From positions 69,440,001-69,504,000 of the forward strand of contig OX597828.1 in the NCBI GenBank assembly GCA_951406725.2: a stretch of 64,000 nt of DNA, in the 5' to 3' direction. Shown here piece after piece: positions 40,440 to 54,817 of this stretch. Source of the stretch: Octopus vulgaris (lineage: Eukaryota). The notes beneath the pieces were generated by a model that was not told the DNA's origin, did no database searches, and saw nothing but the letters and a program-made list of their open reading frames with translations. The translations under genes were made by a program, and so were the position numbers. Position 1 is the first letter of the stretch. Each line of letters opens with the position of its first letter.

Positions 40440-41520
40440 ACAGACGAAAGAAAGACTTTAGCACCACCAAGATAAAATTTAACGATAAAATACTAACAAC
40501 AACTATAAGAAATATGAGCTTGGTCAGCGCAGACTTAAAGAAAACGGACACGAGTATTAATATCATCAGAATAGACCAAATAATCTGTCCATAAGCCAGA
40601 GTAGTAGCAAAGGAGAGTGGGGAGTCGCTTAGATCCACTCATATAAGAATACCAAAACAGAAGCAAACTGTGTAGATAGCGAACAAACGAAGAAAGATAT
40701 AAAGCTAAAGAACCACATTACTCTTAAACTTGAATGAAATCAATGACGAAGCGACATGAGTAAGAGAAACAATTACTACAGAACTGGAAATATTTAAAAT
40801 TAAAAACCACCTGAAGCAGGAAATCCTTTTCAAATGGCTGTGAATGCGTAACGATACTCTTAACAAACAATTCGTATCCAACCAAGATGTAGGTTAGAAT
40901 AAAATAGAAACAAAATGTTGTGCCAACAGGAAGAGGAACAGAGACAAAAAAATGTTAAAATAAATATGGATGACCAATGAATGGACATAGAGGAAAGCGC
41001 TTAAAAATAAATATTGTCTTTGAATAATCAAGTGCCTCCAACTAGTTTAGATTCTACGAAAAATGGTCACCATGAAGGCATCGTTTAGCTTCGAGAGGAG
41101 TTACGTCAATCTTTAAATATTACAAAAATAAAGGAGATTGAGGTGATTATTTCGAATTTGTGGAAGAATTTGTGAAATGTCGAAATATTGTTCATTCGCT
41201 AACAGTCGCACTCTACTTATTGTTTCTTTACTTTCGTGAGGAATAACGTCAATCCTTAAAAAAAATAACAACAACAGCAACAACAACAATAATAATAATA
41301 AACACAAAATAAAAGACAAAAAACATGCCTATTAATTGATATAATAGTGCCTAGTGATAGAAACATCTCAGCAAAGGAATTTGAAAAACTGTCGAAATAT
41401 AAGGGCCTTGAGGTTGAGATATCTAGGACGTGGCAGTTAAAACCCCAAACCATCCCAGTTCTTGTAGAGACCCTGGGAATGATTTAAGAAAGGTACAAAC
41501 AAATATTTTGACCAGATATT
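40440..41520 (+). mobile_element. R4/Dong-like non-LTR fragments (N-terminal remnant and RLE nuclease)
   Basis: 41300-41520 reads IKDKKTCLLIDIIVPSDRNISAKEFEKLSKYKGLEVEISRTWQLKPQTIPV. The upstream part is weaker. Confidence 0.65.
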
Positions 41521-42231
41521 ATGTACATTGTTTTGTCTTGGTATAAAATATGGGCTACAGCAAATATTCTGCTCAATACCACAGATTTGCTTGTTAGTTG
41601 TTTGACCTTCACCAGTTGAGCTGACGATATGTGCATCTCTGACCACGAGCAGAAGTAATGGGGGAGCATTATAGCCATATGTGGAGAGGAATTTTGGGAG
41701 GTTTGGATAATTCACCTCTGGAAACATGGGTGGTTCGTTCAACATCCTTAAACAATCCTTATTCAGGGACCTTTTGAGTGAGATGGGTTACTCGACCAGA
41801 ACATTCTAACTGGGCCCCCACCTGCAAGGTCATGTACTGTTTATCTTGATATGAGATCACCATGTCGGGCACATATGGTTGTGCTGCATGTGCCTGGGGT
41901 ACCCTTATCAGACGGGTAGTCATGATGGGTATACTGGGCTTCGTATATTTTACCCCAGTGTCACTTTGATGGCATGCACTGCTCTCTCACTCAATAATAA
42001 TAATGATAATAACAATAATATTAATAAACTAAGCAGCGTAGGCAGTTAAGGCTGAAGGAGAAGCATCTGGGTTAGCATGAAACACACGTAATAGAAATCA
42101 AGCTAGAGGAATAACAACAATGTTGCTCTTTATCAAACAAATATTCAGATTTGTGTCGTAAATATTTGACACGCCCGGCCTGGCTGTCCACCGTCTCCTA
42201 TTGAGACTGACGCGGGTGTCAGGTGGGGTAC

Positions 42232-42264
<33 letters not shown>

Positions 42265-42422
42265 TGTGTGTGCTCAGTTGCTTGTGAATACATGTATGTC
42301 AGTATGTGTACGTGTGTATATGTTTGTGTGTGTGTGTGTGTGTTAATATGTTCAGCTCTTTATGTACGAATGTGCAAATGTCTGTGTGTGTGTGTTCGTG
42401 CGGGTGTGTCTCTCTGTGTGAT

Positions 42423-42486
<64 letters not shown>

Positions 42487-42599
42487 GTCCGTCCGTGTCC
42501 AGGGAACGTGACCAACCGATTCCAGTCATACAGACATTTTAAAATCTGTGAGAGAAGCAGAAGAGAGAGAGAAATATTAAAATAGTTCCTTACTATACG

Positions 42600-43108
42600 A
42601 CACACCATCACCACCACCACCGCCGCCGCCGACACCACAACCACCACCGCCACAGCCACCACCACCACTGCCACCACCATTGCTGCCACAACCACCACCA
42701 CCGCCGCCGCCGCCGCCGACACCACCACCACCACCACCACAGCCACCACCACCACCACAGCCACCACCACCACCACAGCCACCACCACCACTACCACAAC
42801 CCCACCACCTCCACCACCGCCACCACCACCACCACCACAGCCACCACCACCACCACCACCACAGCCACCACCACAACCACAGCCACCACCACCACTACCA
42901 CAGCCACCACCACCACCACCACCACCACCACCACCACCCGCCGCCACCGCCACCACCGCCACCGCCACTGCCACCACTACCACTATCACCACCGCCTCCT
43001 TCTCCTCCGCCGCCGCCACCGCCACGACGACGACGACGACCACCACCACCACCACCACCAACACCCCACCCGCCCCGCACCCCCCACCATCAACAACAAC
43101 AACAATAA
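42600..43108. repeat. (CCA/CCG)n trinucleotide tract
   Basis: Direct reading. Confidence 0.9.
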
Positions 43109-43364
43109 CATGTTGACAAAAACGAAAGGTTATTCAGTGTCGTTAGTCATTTTTATCTCAATTCACTCTCTCTCTCTCTCTCCTCCTCTCCTTCTCCGTG
43201 TGTGTGTGTGGTGTGTGTGTGGTGTGTGTGTGGTGTGTGTGTGTGTGGATATATATGACGGGTATACATACACACATATGTGTGTGTGTATGTAATATAT
43301 ACATACATATAAACAACTTACATATGTGTATTTATATAGATGTGTGTATGTGTGTGCGTGCGTG

Positions 43365-43868
<504 letters not shown>

Positions 43869-44444
43869 TACAGTGGCGGACTGGCCAGGTTGCCAGCTTG
43901 CCCGATGGCAAGTGGGCCCCTGCACCATTAGAATCCATATATGGGAGCCCATGTTAGTATCTAAGGGGACCATCCCTTCAAGCTTGAGAATTTTTTTATT
44001 CACTCCTAGAAGAATGCATTAATTATTTCAGCCTGGCTTGGCAGTTGAGGAGAATACTTTTGACAACATAAAAAAAATTAAATGATACCATTGTAGTTGC
44101 GGGTGGGACCCTTAGTCTCCTGGCAACCAATATTTTCAGAGTACACGCGCACTCACACACTCGCACACACACGCTACGTTGAACTTCTTTAGTAAAACAC
44201 ATAAATTTAAAGAAAACACATCCACATAACGCATCCGTACACAGATACAAACGCACATCCACACACACAACTTATTACTGATTGTAAACTGTAAGTGGTC
44301 GGTAGTGCTCAATGCGTATGGTAGAGTTCGTTTTGAAATCTATTTAAACTGAAGATTTGACTTCTGACTGAGAATTGCACCAGTGATCACCCATGTGACA
44401 CCAAACAGATAACAGAGATCAATTAATATTTACCCCCCTCCTTT

Positions 44445-44600
44445 CGCCTGTCTTTATGTTCTAAGTTCAAATTCCGCCGAGGTTGACTTTGCCTTTCATT
44501 CTTTCGGAGTCGAATAATTAAGTACCAGTTCAGTACTGGGGATCAATCTAATCGACTGCCCCCTTCCCCCAAAATTTTGGGCCTAGAATAGGAAAGAATA
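44445..44600 (+). mobile_element. SINE family B partial
   Basis: B box and body. Confidence 0.75.
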
Positions 44601-45484
44601 TTTACTCACCCCCGTCACTCTCAATTTTATTCTACAGTATATATCTGAATAGCATAAATATATTCATCACGAGCTCAATTCATGACCTTACAGCTTAATG
44701 ACAGGACCATGGCTCACTAAGCGTTTCCTTAAATTTAAAGACGGCCAAGAGGACAACACAGCAAATGTTAAACTTGTAGTGACGCTACCTTTGGAAGTTT
44801 TCAGCGCGCATGCGCAGAGTTGGATTACTTCCGGTAAGCCGCTGGAAGTTCCCTCATGCGCATGTGCAGAGAACTGCAAACTGAAGACGTTCCCGCTAAA
44901 TCTGTCTTTTTGAATCAGCAACTCTACCGAGTGGACGTGACCAACTTTCTCTCAGGGAAAACCCTACATGTAGAGAGAAGCTCTTCTAAGCGGGAACGGA
45001 GACGGTAATTTTGGCTCACCCGAGTGAACATTTGTAAACAGTCTTGTGGACTTGGCTACCGGTTCGCCCTTAAGGAAAATATATATGTGTACATATTTTG
45101 TATTTTGCGATTCCGGAAAAATAAAGTATTATTTATTGCTATTGAAGACAGTCGAATTTTGGTTCTCTCTTCGACAATTGTATGTGACAAGATAAGACAG
45201 ACACCCCCTCAAGTGTTCCTGAGACCTTCATCTTGTTACAAACTCTTATCATTAAGGCTATCGTATTTCTTGCTCTGCTTCAGTGTGAGACGGTTTGTCT
45301 TTGGCAGCAGAATCCATTGTTCTTTCAGTTCTTTCGGCGACTGAAGTTTATTGCCTGTCAAACTCTTTATTAGAATTAGATCTAGAAACACCGACATGGC
45401 TAGAAATAAGAGCGAAACTGCTCCAATGCTGTTGTCAAAGCACATAATTGTATAGACATATTGTATAGAGAGGGACTAGAGTCT

Positions 45485-45641
45485 GTATGTATATATGTAT
45501 GTGTGTGTATGTATGTATGTGTATGTATATAAGTGTATGTGTTTGTGTGTTTGTGTGTATGTGTGTATGTATGTGTGTGTATGTATGTATGTATGTATGT
45601 ATGTATGTATGTTTGTGTATGTATGTATGTTTGTATGAGTG

Positions 45642-45672
<31 letters not shown>

Positions 45673-45731
45673 GTGTATATATATATGCGTGTGTATGTAT
45701 GTGTGTATATGTATGTATGCATATATCTGTG

Positions 45732-45763
<32 letters not shown>

Positions 45764-46044
45764 TGTATGTGTATGTATGCATGTATGTATGCATGTATGT
45801 ATGTATGTATGTATGTATGTATGTATGTATGTATGTATGTATGTGTATGTATGCATGTATGTGTATGTATGTATGTGTGTGTATATGTATGTATGTGTGT
45901 ATATGTATGTCTGTATGTATGTGTGTCATTATTCAGTTTTATTTCAAGATTTCTTGCCAATAGAGAAAGAGCCGGTTTCTAACCTTGATCCAAGGCTCTT
46001 TCATTGGAATTACAACATCAACAACAGGGTATTTTATTTATTTG

Positions 46045-46078
<34 letters not shown>

Positions 46079-46172
46079 TGTATGTATGTATGTATGTATG
46101 TATGTATGTATGTATGTATGTATGTATGTATGTATGTATGTATGTATGTATGTATGTATGTATGTATGTGTG

Positions 46173-46211
<39 letters not shown>

Positions 46212-46652
46212 GTATGTATGTATGTATGTATGTATGTGTGTATGTATGTATGTATGTATGTGTGTATGTATGTATGTATGTATGTATGTATGTATGTATG
46301 TATGTATGTATGTATGTATGTATGTATGTATGTATGTATGTATGTGTGTATATATGTATGTATGTATGTATGTATGCATGTATGTATGTATGTATGTATG
46401 TATGTATGTATGTATGTATGTATGTATGTATGTATGTATGTATGTATGTATGTATGTATGTATGTATGTATGTATGTATGTATGTATGTATGTATGTATG
46501 TATGTATGTATGTATGTATGTATGTATGTATGTATGTATGTATGTATGTATGTATGTATGTATGTATGTATGTATGTATGTATGTATGTATGTATGTATG
46601 TATGTGTGTATGTATGTATGTATGTATGTATGTATGTATGTATGTATGTGTG

Positions 46653-46685
<33 letters not shown>

Positions 46686-47280
46686 GTGTATGTATGTATG
46701 TATGTATGTATGTATGTGTGTATGTATGTATGTATGTATGTATGTATGTATGTGTGTATGTATGTATGTATGTATGTATGTATGTATGTATGTATGTGTG
46801 TATGTATGTATGTATGTATGTATGTATGTATGTATGTTTGTATGTATGTATGTTTGTATGTATGTATGTATGTGTGTATGTATGTATGTATGTATGTATG
46901 TATGTGTGTATGTATGTATGTATGTATGTATGTATGTATGTATGTATGTATGTATGTGTGTATATATGTATGTATGTATGTATGTATGTGTGTATGTATG
47001 TATGTGTATGTATGTATGTATGTATTATGTATGTATGTGTGTATGTATGTATGTATTATGTATGTATGTGTGTATGTATGTATGTATGTATGTATGTATG
47101 TATGTATGTATGTGTGTATGTATGTATGTATGTATGTATGTATGTATGTATGTATGTATGTATGTATGTACGTATGTATGTGTGTATATATGTATGTATG
47201 TATGTATGTATGCATGTATGTATGTATGTACGTATGTATGTATGTATGTATGTATGTGTGTATATATGTATGTATATGAG
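45485..47280. repeat. Very long (TATG)n array interrupted by a ~120-bp insert at 45926-46045
   Basis: Direct reading. Confidence 0.95.
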
Positions 47281-47332
47281 TGGATTTGTATGTTTTGTTT
47301 TCTGTATGTCTTCTCATGCATATATATTTGTT

Positions 47333-47535
47333 TACTACCCACAAGGGGCTAAACATAGAGGGGATAAACAGGGACAGACAAAGGGATTAAGTCGATTACA
47401 TCGACCCCAGTGCATAACTAATACTTTATTTATCGACCCCGAGAGGATGAAAGGCAAAGTCAACCTCGGCGGAATTTGAACTCGGAACGTAACGACAGAC
47501 GAAATACAGCTACGCATTTCGCCCAGCTCGACGCC
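47333..47535 (-). mobile_element. SINE family B
   Basis: Reverse complement of the family B body. Confidence 0.8.
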
Positions 47536-47544
47536 TTCTCATGC

Positions 47545-48015
47545 ATGTAGTTGCATATCTAGATATGCTCATATATATTTAAATGATAAACTTCTGGAAA
47601 GTTTTACAGATTTTTACAGTTCCAGTGATGGATTGGAACTACAGTCTTAGAATTAGCTTTCTCTTTTCTGGTTTTGAGAAGCCTAATTTCTCAAGAATGG
47701 TTTTTAGGCAGTGTGTTACATATCCCAGGTCCCCAATAATTAGCAGGTATAAACCTGAACTTGTAATCTGGATAAAGCAGCTGCAGATTTCTCAATAGTT
47801 CAGCGTAGGTGTTCTCTTTTTCACTGAGCTTCAGCTTTATGTTAGCATCCTCTGGGCAGCTAGTTTCAACAGCTATACACAGTTTCTCTTCTCTATCCCA
47901 AATCATTATATCAGGTTTGTTAAGCTTACGTTTTATGGAGAATCTCACTGGGACATTCCACCAGTACATCTTTTTATTATGAGTGGCTATGGCTTCTACC
48001 ATACTGTGGGTTCAT
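47545..48015 (-). mobile_element. RLE-type (R4/Dong-like) non-LTR 3' end
   Basis: YWWNVPV..NKPDIMIWDREEKLCIAVETSCP..EKENTYAEL (PD-D/E-xK nuclease), abutting (TACA)n. Confidence 0.8.
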
Positions 48016-48016
48016 G

Positions 48017-48050
<34 letters not shown>

Positions 48051-48640
48051 TGTATGTATGTATGTATGTATGTATGTATGTATGTATGTATGTATGTATG
48101 TATGTATGTATGTATGTATGTATGTATGTATGTATGTATGTATGTGTGTATGTATGTATGTGTGTATGTATGCATGTATGTATGTATGTATGTATGCATG
48201 TATGTATGCATGTATGTATGCATGTATGTATGCATGTATGTATGCATGTATGTATGTATGTATGCATGTATGTTTGTATGTATGTATGTATGCATGTATG
48301 TATGTATGTATGTATGTATGCATGTATGCATGTATGTATGTATGTATGCATGTATGTATGCATGTATGTATGTATGTATGTATGCATGTATGTATGCATG
48401 TATGTATGTATGTATGCATGTATGTATGCATGTATGTATGTATGTATGCATGTATGTTTGTATGTATGTATGTATGCATGTATGCATGCATGCATGTATG
48501 TATGTATGTATGCATGTATGTATGTATGCAGTTATGTATGTATGTATGTATGTATGTATGCATATATGTATGCATGTATGCATGTATGAATGCATGTATG
48601 TATGTATGTATGTATGTATGTATGTTTTCATGTATGTATG
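48016..48640. repeat. (TATG/CATG)n microsatellite
   Basis: Direct reading. Confidence 0.95.
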
Positions 48641-49405
48641 TGTGTGTGTGTGTGTGTATGTACAAACACACACACAAACACGAATTTGTGTCAGGTGATA
48701 AGTTTATTCCTATATGCAGGCCATATATGTTTTTTAATATCTACGTCCTGTTTTCTGTTTCTGGTGTTTTCTGTTTAGCTGAGTCATCTTCGTATTTCAA
48801 GATATCGTTCTAAACATAGATTTATTTTCATATTCGCAAATAACTTATTTGTACTACTATTACGATTATTTATAATTATTTATTTATATTCTTAATATAA
48901 TATTCTAATTACTTAACTGTACTATTAACATAATTGTCCATTTATACGATTAACATTTTATAAATAATTGTGCAATTGACATAATTTGTGGTGTTAAAAA
49001 CAAAATTCCATTTTCATAAGCTGATTTTAATTATTTTTCTCTCTTTCCCTACATTCCTGACATTTATTTGTAAAATATTCTACGAACAGAAGATCCGTCT
49101 AAAATCCATCGAAATCTCTCGGCTCCGTTTGTATGCTTCCGGTTTTTCTATTGTTTTTCACTGATCTGTTCATAATCTTTATGTTGCTCTTACAATTTCT
49201 CTCTTTCTTATCGTCTGCCATTGACAATAAAACACAAAGTTTACACTTAAAAGTGGGACCGTGAGAAATATGAATTCGTGTCATGTACTGATTCTAATAT
49301 ATTACCGCAAATATATATTTCAAATGTGAGAGGGAGGTGCATATGTTGGAATACATACAGACATACATACATACAAACGCATACATATATATATACATAT
49401 GTATG

Positions 49406-49440
<35 letters not shown>

Positions 49441-49626
49441 CATACATACAACTCCTAGGCGTGGCGCATGAATATATATATATATATATCTTCATATTTC
49501 GCTTAGTCATAGCGAGACTAATAAGCTGGTGCAGAAGGCAATGTAGGATGAGTAAAGAGTAAAGAGTGGTGATAGGAACAAAGAGATTATACTGGAAAAG
49601 GCAAATGTTATGTGATGCGTGTCATG

Positions 49627-49707
49627 AGCTTACAGTTGTTTCTGCTGTAAGGTGTGGTGGATATTCAGTTGAGTGCCTGGATAACATGCGATAGCTTCGT
49701 CAGAGCC
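49627..49707 (-). ncRNA. Type I hammerhead-like motif with long helix II
   Basis: Minus strand GGCU-CUGACGA-AGCUAU...UUACAGCA-GAAA-CAACUG-UA-AGCU. Confidence 0.5.
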
Positions 49708-50372
49708 TTGAATATGAAGTGCTCTTTATTTGGGAGAGTTACATTTTCAGAAGATGGAGGTGTTACAAGTAAGAAAGTTGATGTTAATGCCTATGGAAAG
49801 ATCAGTCCATGACTAGAGAGAGGTGTGAAAATATACGCATGCGTTTACAGCAGAATGAAAAATAAAGGAAAACTTACGCAGATGTATAGTCATGCAGAGA
49901 GAAAGCAGAGATATAGGGGTAGATGCACACACGTATACACACACACACACCACACACTACACGCACGCATATATAAATATATGTGCGTCCCTATAGAATG
50001 TATTTAGATACACAACTGCACACCCACACACACACACACATGCACAGAGCAGAGATAGAGAATATGCATATACATATATATTCACACACACACACACAGA
50101 GTCACACATATGTACGAGGGTTAGAAACGAACGTATAGTGCCAAACGCTTTGGAGAAAAATAGCAGAGAAAGGACGAAATGTCTGGAGTGTTGTAAAACA
50201 CGCAAGCGCCACACAGCGGCGGAAAAGGACAGTGCCAATTGTACACGCAAGAGGCAACCCAGATATTGTTATCGGATACACAGCTTCTGAACAAAAGAAG
50301 TGAACATATATAATTCTTTGCAAACACAAAATCCTTAAAACCTTTAGACATAGCCAATCAGCAGAGCCAACA

Positions 50373-50747
50373 GTGGAGGCGCAATGGCCCAGTGGTTAGG
50401 GCAGCGAACTCGCGGTCGGAGGATCGCAGTTTCGATTCCCAGACCGGGCGTTGTGTGTGTTTATTAAGCGAAAACACCTAAAGCTCCACGAGGCTCCGGC
50501 AGGGGCTGGTGGCGACCCCTGTTGTACTCTTTCGTTCCAACTTTCTCTCACTCTTTCTTTCTGTTTCTTGTCTCCGACTTCCTACGCAACTGCTGAGCCC
50601 TGGATGCGCATTCATCCATCCGTCGATGCTCTCGGTGTCGGTGGTTGACCTGCTTTCTCTTCTGCGGGTCTTACGAATAGCAAAGGACCACGTTTCGGAC
50701 TTCTCCCACTGCGAGTTCTGGGACGAAGACCGTTCGCTCAACAGCAA
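50373..50747 (+). mobile_element. SINE family C variant with alternative 3' tail
   Basis: Family C head and body, TSD CAGC(A/G)GAGCCAACA at 50359-50372 and 50748-50761. Confidence 0.85.
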
Positions 50748-51007
50748 CAGCGGAGCCAACAACCCGATTCACTTCCTCCTTACTCTCACACATTTCATTT
50801 TCTCTTCTGTGCACGAACCTTTCCATTTAGCAGCATACGCGCACCCATATTTTAATGTTTTTTTCTTTTTCTTTTGATCTTTTACGTCCACCCTCCCATC
50901 TACTATTAAGTATCTTTTTTGTCTTCACATTTTTCCTCACGCCTTTTCCTTGCAGTGCCCTACTATTTCATTCCTCTATCTAAGATTTTCCATAACTACT
51001 CTTTATA

Positions 51008-51234
51008 TATATAAGCTTAGAGCTTATGGCCATCACCGTGCAATGACTAAGGAAAATAGTCTAATACAGGAGCATATATACCCTCGACAGAAAAAAAGAA
51101 AGCTTTCCTATCCGCGTCGACTCCCACGCGGATAGGAAAGCCTTCTTTTTTCTATCAAGGGCTTATATGCCCCGTTATTAGACTATTTTCCTTAGCCATT
51201 GCACGGTGATGGCCATAAGCTCTAAGCTTATATA
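51008..51234. repeat. ~110-bp imperfect inverted repeat with 8-nt loop
   Basis: Arms AAGCTTAGAGCTTATGGCCATCACCGTGCAATG...CTTTCCTATCCGCGT and their reverse complement. Confidence 0.9.
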
Positions 51235-51300
51235 AAAATACCATTATTATTTACAGGATTGTAAAAGCGGCGCCGTATAAAAAAAACCATCGGGCCAAAA

Positions 51301-51367
<67 letters not shown>

Positions 51368-51468
51368 TAATCCAAACATGAAAACACAAAGAGAAAACAC
51401 AACAATGCGAGGACGTAGAACAAGTATAGTGTTATTGAACGCTCAGGAAAGGAAGGAAAGAAGGAGGA

Positions 51469-51501
51469 TTTAACGTTTCGAGTGGAGCTCTTCGTCAGAA
51501 A
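51469..51501 (-). ncRNA. Minimal hammerhead motif with canonical core
   Basis: Minus strand UUU-CUGACGA-A-GAG(CUCCA)CUC-GAAA-C-GUU-AAA, in a (TA)n-abutting module at about 51362-51575. Confidence 0.6.
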
Positions 51502-51961
51502 CATAGGAAAAGGAAAGATTCAAGGAAGGGAAGAGGGAGGGGAAAAAATCGCCAACGGTACACATGCGGTCACATACGTAAATGTAGAACAATGAAATGA
51601 GTGTGCAACACCGCATGGATGGATATAGTTTCTTTATTTGTGAATTAAGGCTATCATTGGTTTCATGTTAAGAAAAGCAGGAAAATGTCTAAGTGTCTTA
51701 ACAATTTTTCAAGTCGATCACATGGAGAAAGGCTTTCGCCTCCAATTTGTATGTATGTATGTATGTATGTATGTATGTATGTATGTATGTATGTATGTAT
51801 GTATGTATGTGTGTGTGTATGTGTGTATGTATAGATGGATGTATGTATGTGTGTATGTATGTATGTATGTATGTATGTATATATGTATGTATGTATGTGT
51901 GTGTATAAGTGTGTGTATGTGTGTATATACATTTATATATGTATATATATATATATGCATG

Positions 51962-51999
<38 letters not shown>

Positions 52000-52099
52000 C
52001 GTGTGTGTGTGTGTGTGTCTGTGTTTATATACGTATATATATAAATATAGTTGTAAGAGTGTGTATAAATGTGTATATATATATATATATATATGTTTG

Positions 52100-52137
<38 letters not shown>

Positions 52138-52344
52138 TGGGTTTGTATGCGTGTGTGTATACGTATATATGTATATATATTGCGTGTGTGTATCTCTGCA
52201 TATGTGTACATAAGTGTATACATGCATGCCTATGCATATATATGTCTGTATGTATCTGCATGTGTATGGGAATACATGTATTACATGTGCATGGGCGAGC
52301 ATATTTCAGTGATTGCAAATACCTACCTATATGGAGTACCTACG

Positions 52345-53420
52345 TACGAGCTGGTATCAAAAAGTCCCAGAACCAGTCATTTTTAATACAAAAACAACTT
52401 ATTTGATAAAAAAATAACTTGTTTCCCCTGTCACTTAGCGGTTCGGCAAAAGAGACCGATAGAATAAGTCCTGGGCTTACAAAAGAATAAGTCCCGGGGT
52501 CGAGTTGCTCGACTAAAGGCGGTGCTCCAGCATGGCCGCAGTCAAATGACTGAAACAAGTAAAAGAGTAAAAGAGTTATTGCTTAAAACACCATCTCCTT
52601 TGAAGAAGTCCCTTTGCGCTGCATTACACCCGTCCCAGAGTTCCTGCCACTTTTGGAATCCAGCCGGTATGTCGTTTTCTGTCAGCGAATCGAAGACCTT
52701 CTACGATTAGCTCTGGATCTCGACAACTGTGTTAAAACGGCGACCTTTGAGCTGTATTCTCATCTTGCGGAAGAGATAGATGTCTGCAGATGCTAAATCT
52801 GGCGAAGAGGGTGGCTACGGAAGCGATAGCATGTTTTGGTGAGAAATTCACGAGTGAAGAGAGCTCGGTGACAGAGGGCGTTGTCGTCGCGAAGACAGCA
52901 ATGTTTCGCGTTTCACAGATGCGGTCCCTTTCACCGAATGTCCTCCCTCAAACAGTGCAGAACGTCTTCGTCCTTCCACGATTCTCATGCACACCCTGAT
53001 GAGTTTTCTCCACATTTCCAGGCATGACGCCCATGGCGACATTCCTTTCAGACCAGCCATCGTCTTCCAGGGACCTTCTTTATCTTTTGAAGCGCCCGTG
53101 TCACTCGAAACATTGCGCTCGCTTCATTGTCTCGTCGCCGAAAGCTTGTCGAAGCATGCTCAATGTCCCTGTAGCAGACATATCCCAAGTTTGACACAAA
53201 ATTTCACGTTAAATATTTGTTTTAACTTGCAGCTCGTGACAAAAATCGCAGACCACGTCATACAACTGATCACAAATTTCACAACTTGCAAAATAAACAC
53301 AGCGATGTCACTGGGCACACTGCCTTATGGAAGTCATTGCTAACTCTCACTGCGCACGCAACATTGTGCTGCCGTCTGTTGGCACGCAAGAGAAGTAGTC
53401 CAGGAACTCTTTGATATGTA
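52345..53420 (-). mobile_element. Internally deleted mariner element, interrupted by a SINE A 3' half at 52420-52575
   Basis: TIR-like TATCAAAAAGTCCCAGAAC / GTCCAGGAACTCTTTGATA. NVKFCVKLG N-terminus and GFQKWQELWDGCNAAQRDFFKGD C-terminus. Confidence 0.8.
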
Positions 53421-53532
53421 TAACTCTTTGATATTTATATGACATATATAAACGAAAACAAGCCAAGTGTTTGTATATATGTATACATTTTCGTATGTAT
53501 AAGTCTATGTATACATGTCTAGATATGTCTGT

Positions 53533-53916
53533 GTGGAGGCGCAATGGCCCAGTGGTTAGGGCAGCGGACTCGCGGTCGTAGGATCGCGGTTTCGATTCCC
53601 AGACCGGGTGTTGTGAGTGTTTATTGAGCGAAAACACCTAAAAGTTCCACGAGGCTCCGGCAGGGGATGGTGGTGATCCCTGCTGTACTCTTTCACCACA
53701 ACTTTCTCTCACTCTTACTTCCTGTTTCTGTTGTACCTGTATTTCAAAGGGCCGGCCTTGTCACTCTCTGTGTCACGCTGAATATCCCCGAGAACTACGT
53801 TAAGGGTACTCGTGTCTGTGGAGTGCTCAGCCACTTACACGTTAATTTCACGAGCAGGCTGTTCCGTTGATCGGATCAACCGGAACCCTCGTCGTCGTAA
53901 CCGACGGAGTGCTTCC
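53533..53916 (+). mobile_element. SINE family C, full length
   Basis: 12-bp TSD AGATATGTCTGT (53521-53532 and 53917-53928) and tRNA-like A/B boxes. Confidence 0.92.
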
Positions 53917-54189
53917 AGATATGTCTGTAGACGTCCGCCGGTGTATGTATACATGCAGACTAAATCTATGTAGGTATCTCTATGTACACACGTATATGTA
54001 TGTATATACTGGTTGTACCAGCAATAATGGGGTCACCAAGTAACTTGCAAGACAAAGATCCTTTGAGAAGGAACTGGGCATTGGAGACGGTAATTTCGTG
54101 TCAGATGATGAAGGTTAAGGTGTGGCATTGAGGTAGACACAGGTGCCTTGCTGTAGACGAAGTACATGGTTACCCGGCCAGGTACATAT

Positions 54190-54670
<481 letters not shown>

Positions 54671-54817
54671 AGCGGTTGTATACTGTCAGCTTAACGTGAC
54701 AGTCCCGTAAAGGGAATTACACCACCGCTATTTAGCCCCAGGAAGCATCGACGCTTCCTGTCGGCTTTGACACATTTCCTGTGTCCTTATATTTGCGAAG
54801 GGGAGGCAAGCACCCCC

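Noticed and set aside
40438-40638. Hydrophobic membrane-protein-like ORF
   Set aside because: Antisense of an A-rich decayed non-LTR sequence.
43871-43925. hAT-like TIR CAGTGGCGGACTGG
   Set aside because: No partner TIR or TSD found, so element limits cannot be supported.
45985-47479. Long ORFs (350-490 aa), and similar ORFs at 19424-20455 and 47979-48813
   Set aside because: Translations of (TATG)n, which lacks stop codons in every frame.
50130-50310. Cys-containing peptide RTKCLECCKTRKRH..NCTRKRQPRYC resembling a piggyBac C-terminus
   Set aside because: Too short and degenerate, with no transposase core or TTAA/TIR seen.
53533-53610. tRNA-Arg-like sequences (also 37630-37709, 50373-50450, 59205-59280)
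   Set aside because: They are SINE heads continuing into SINE bodies, several with TSDs, and lack a proper acceptor stem.
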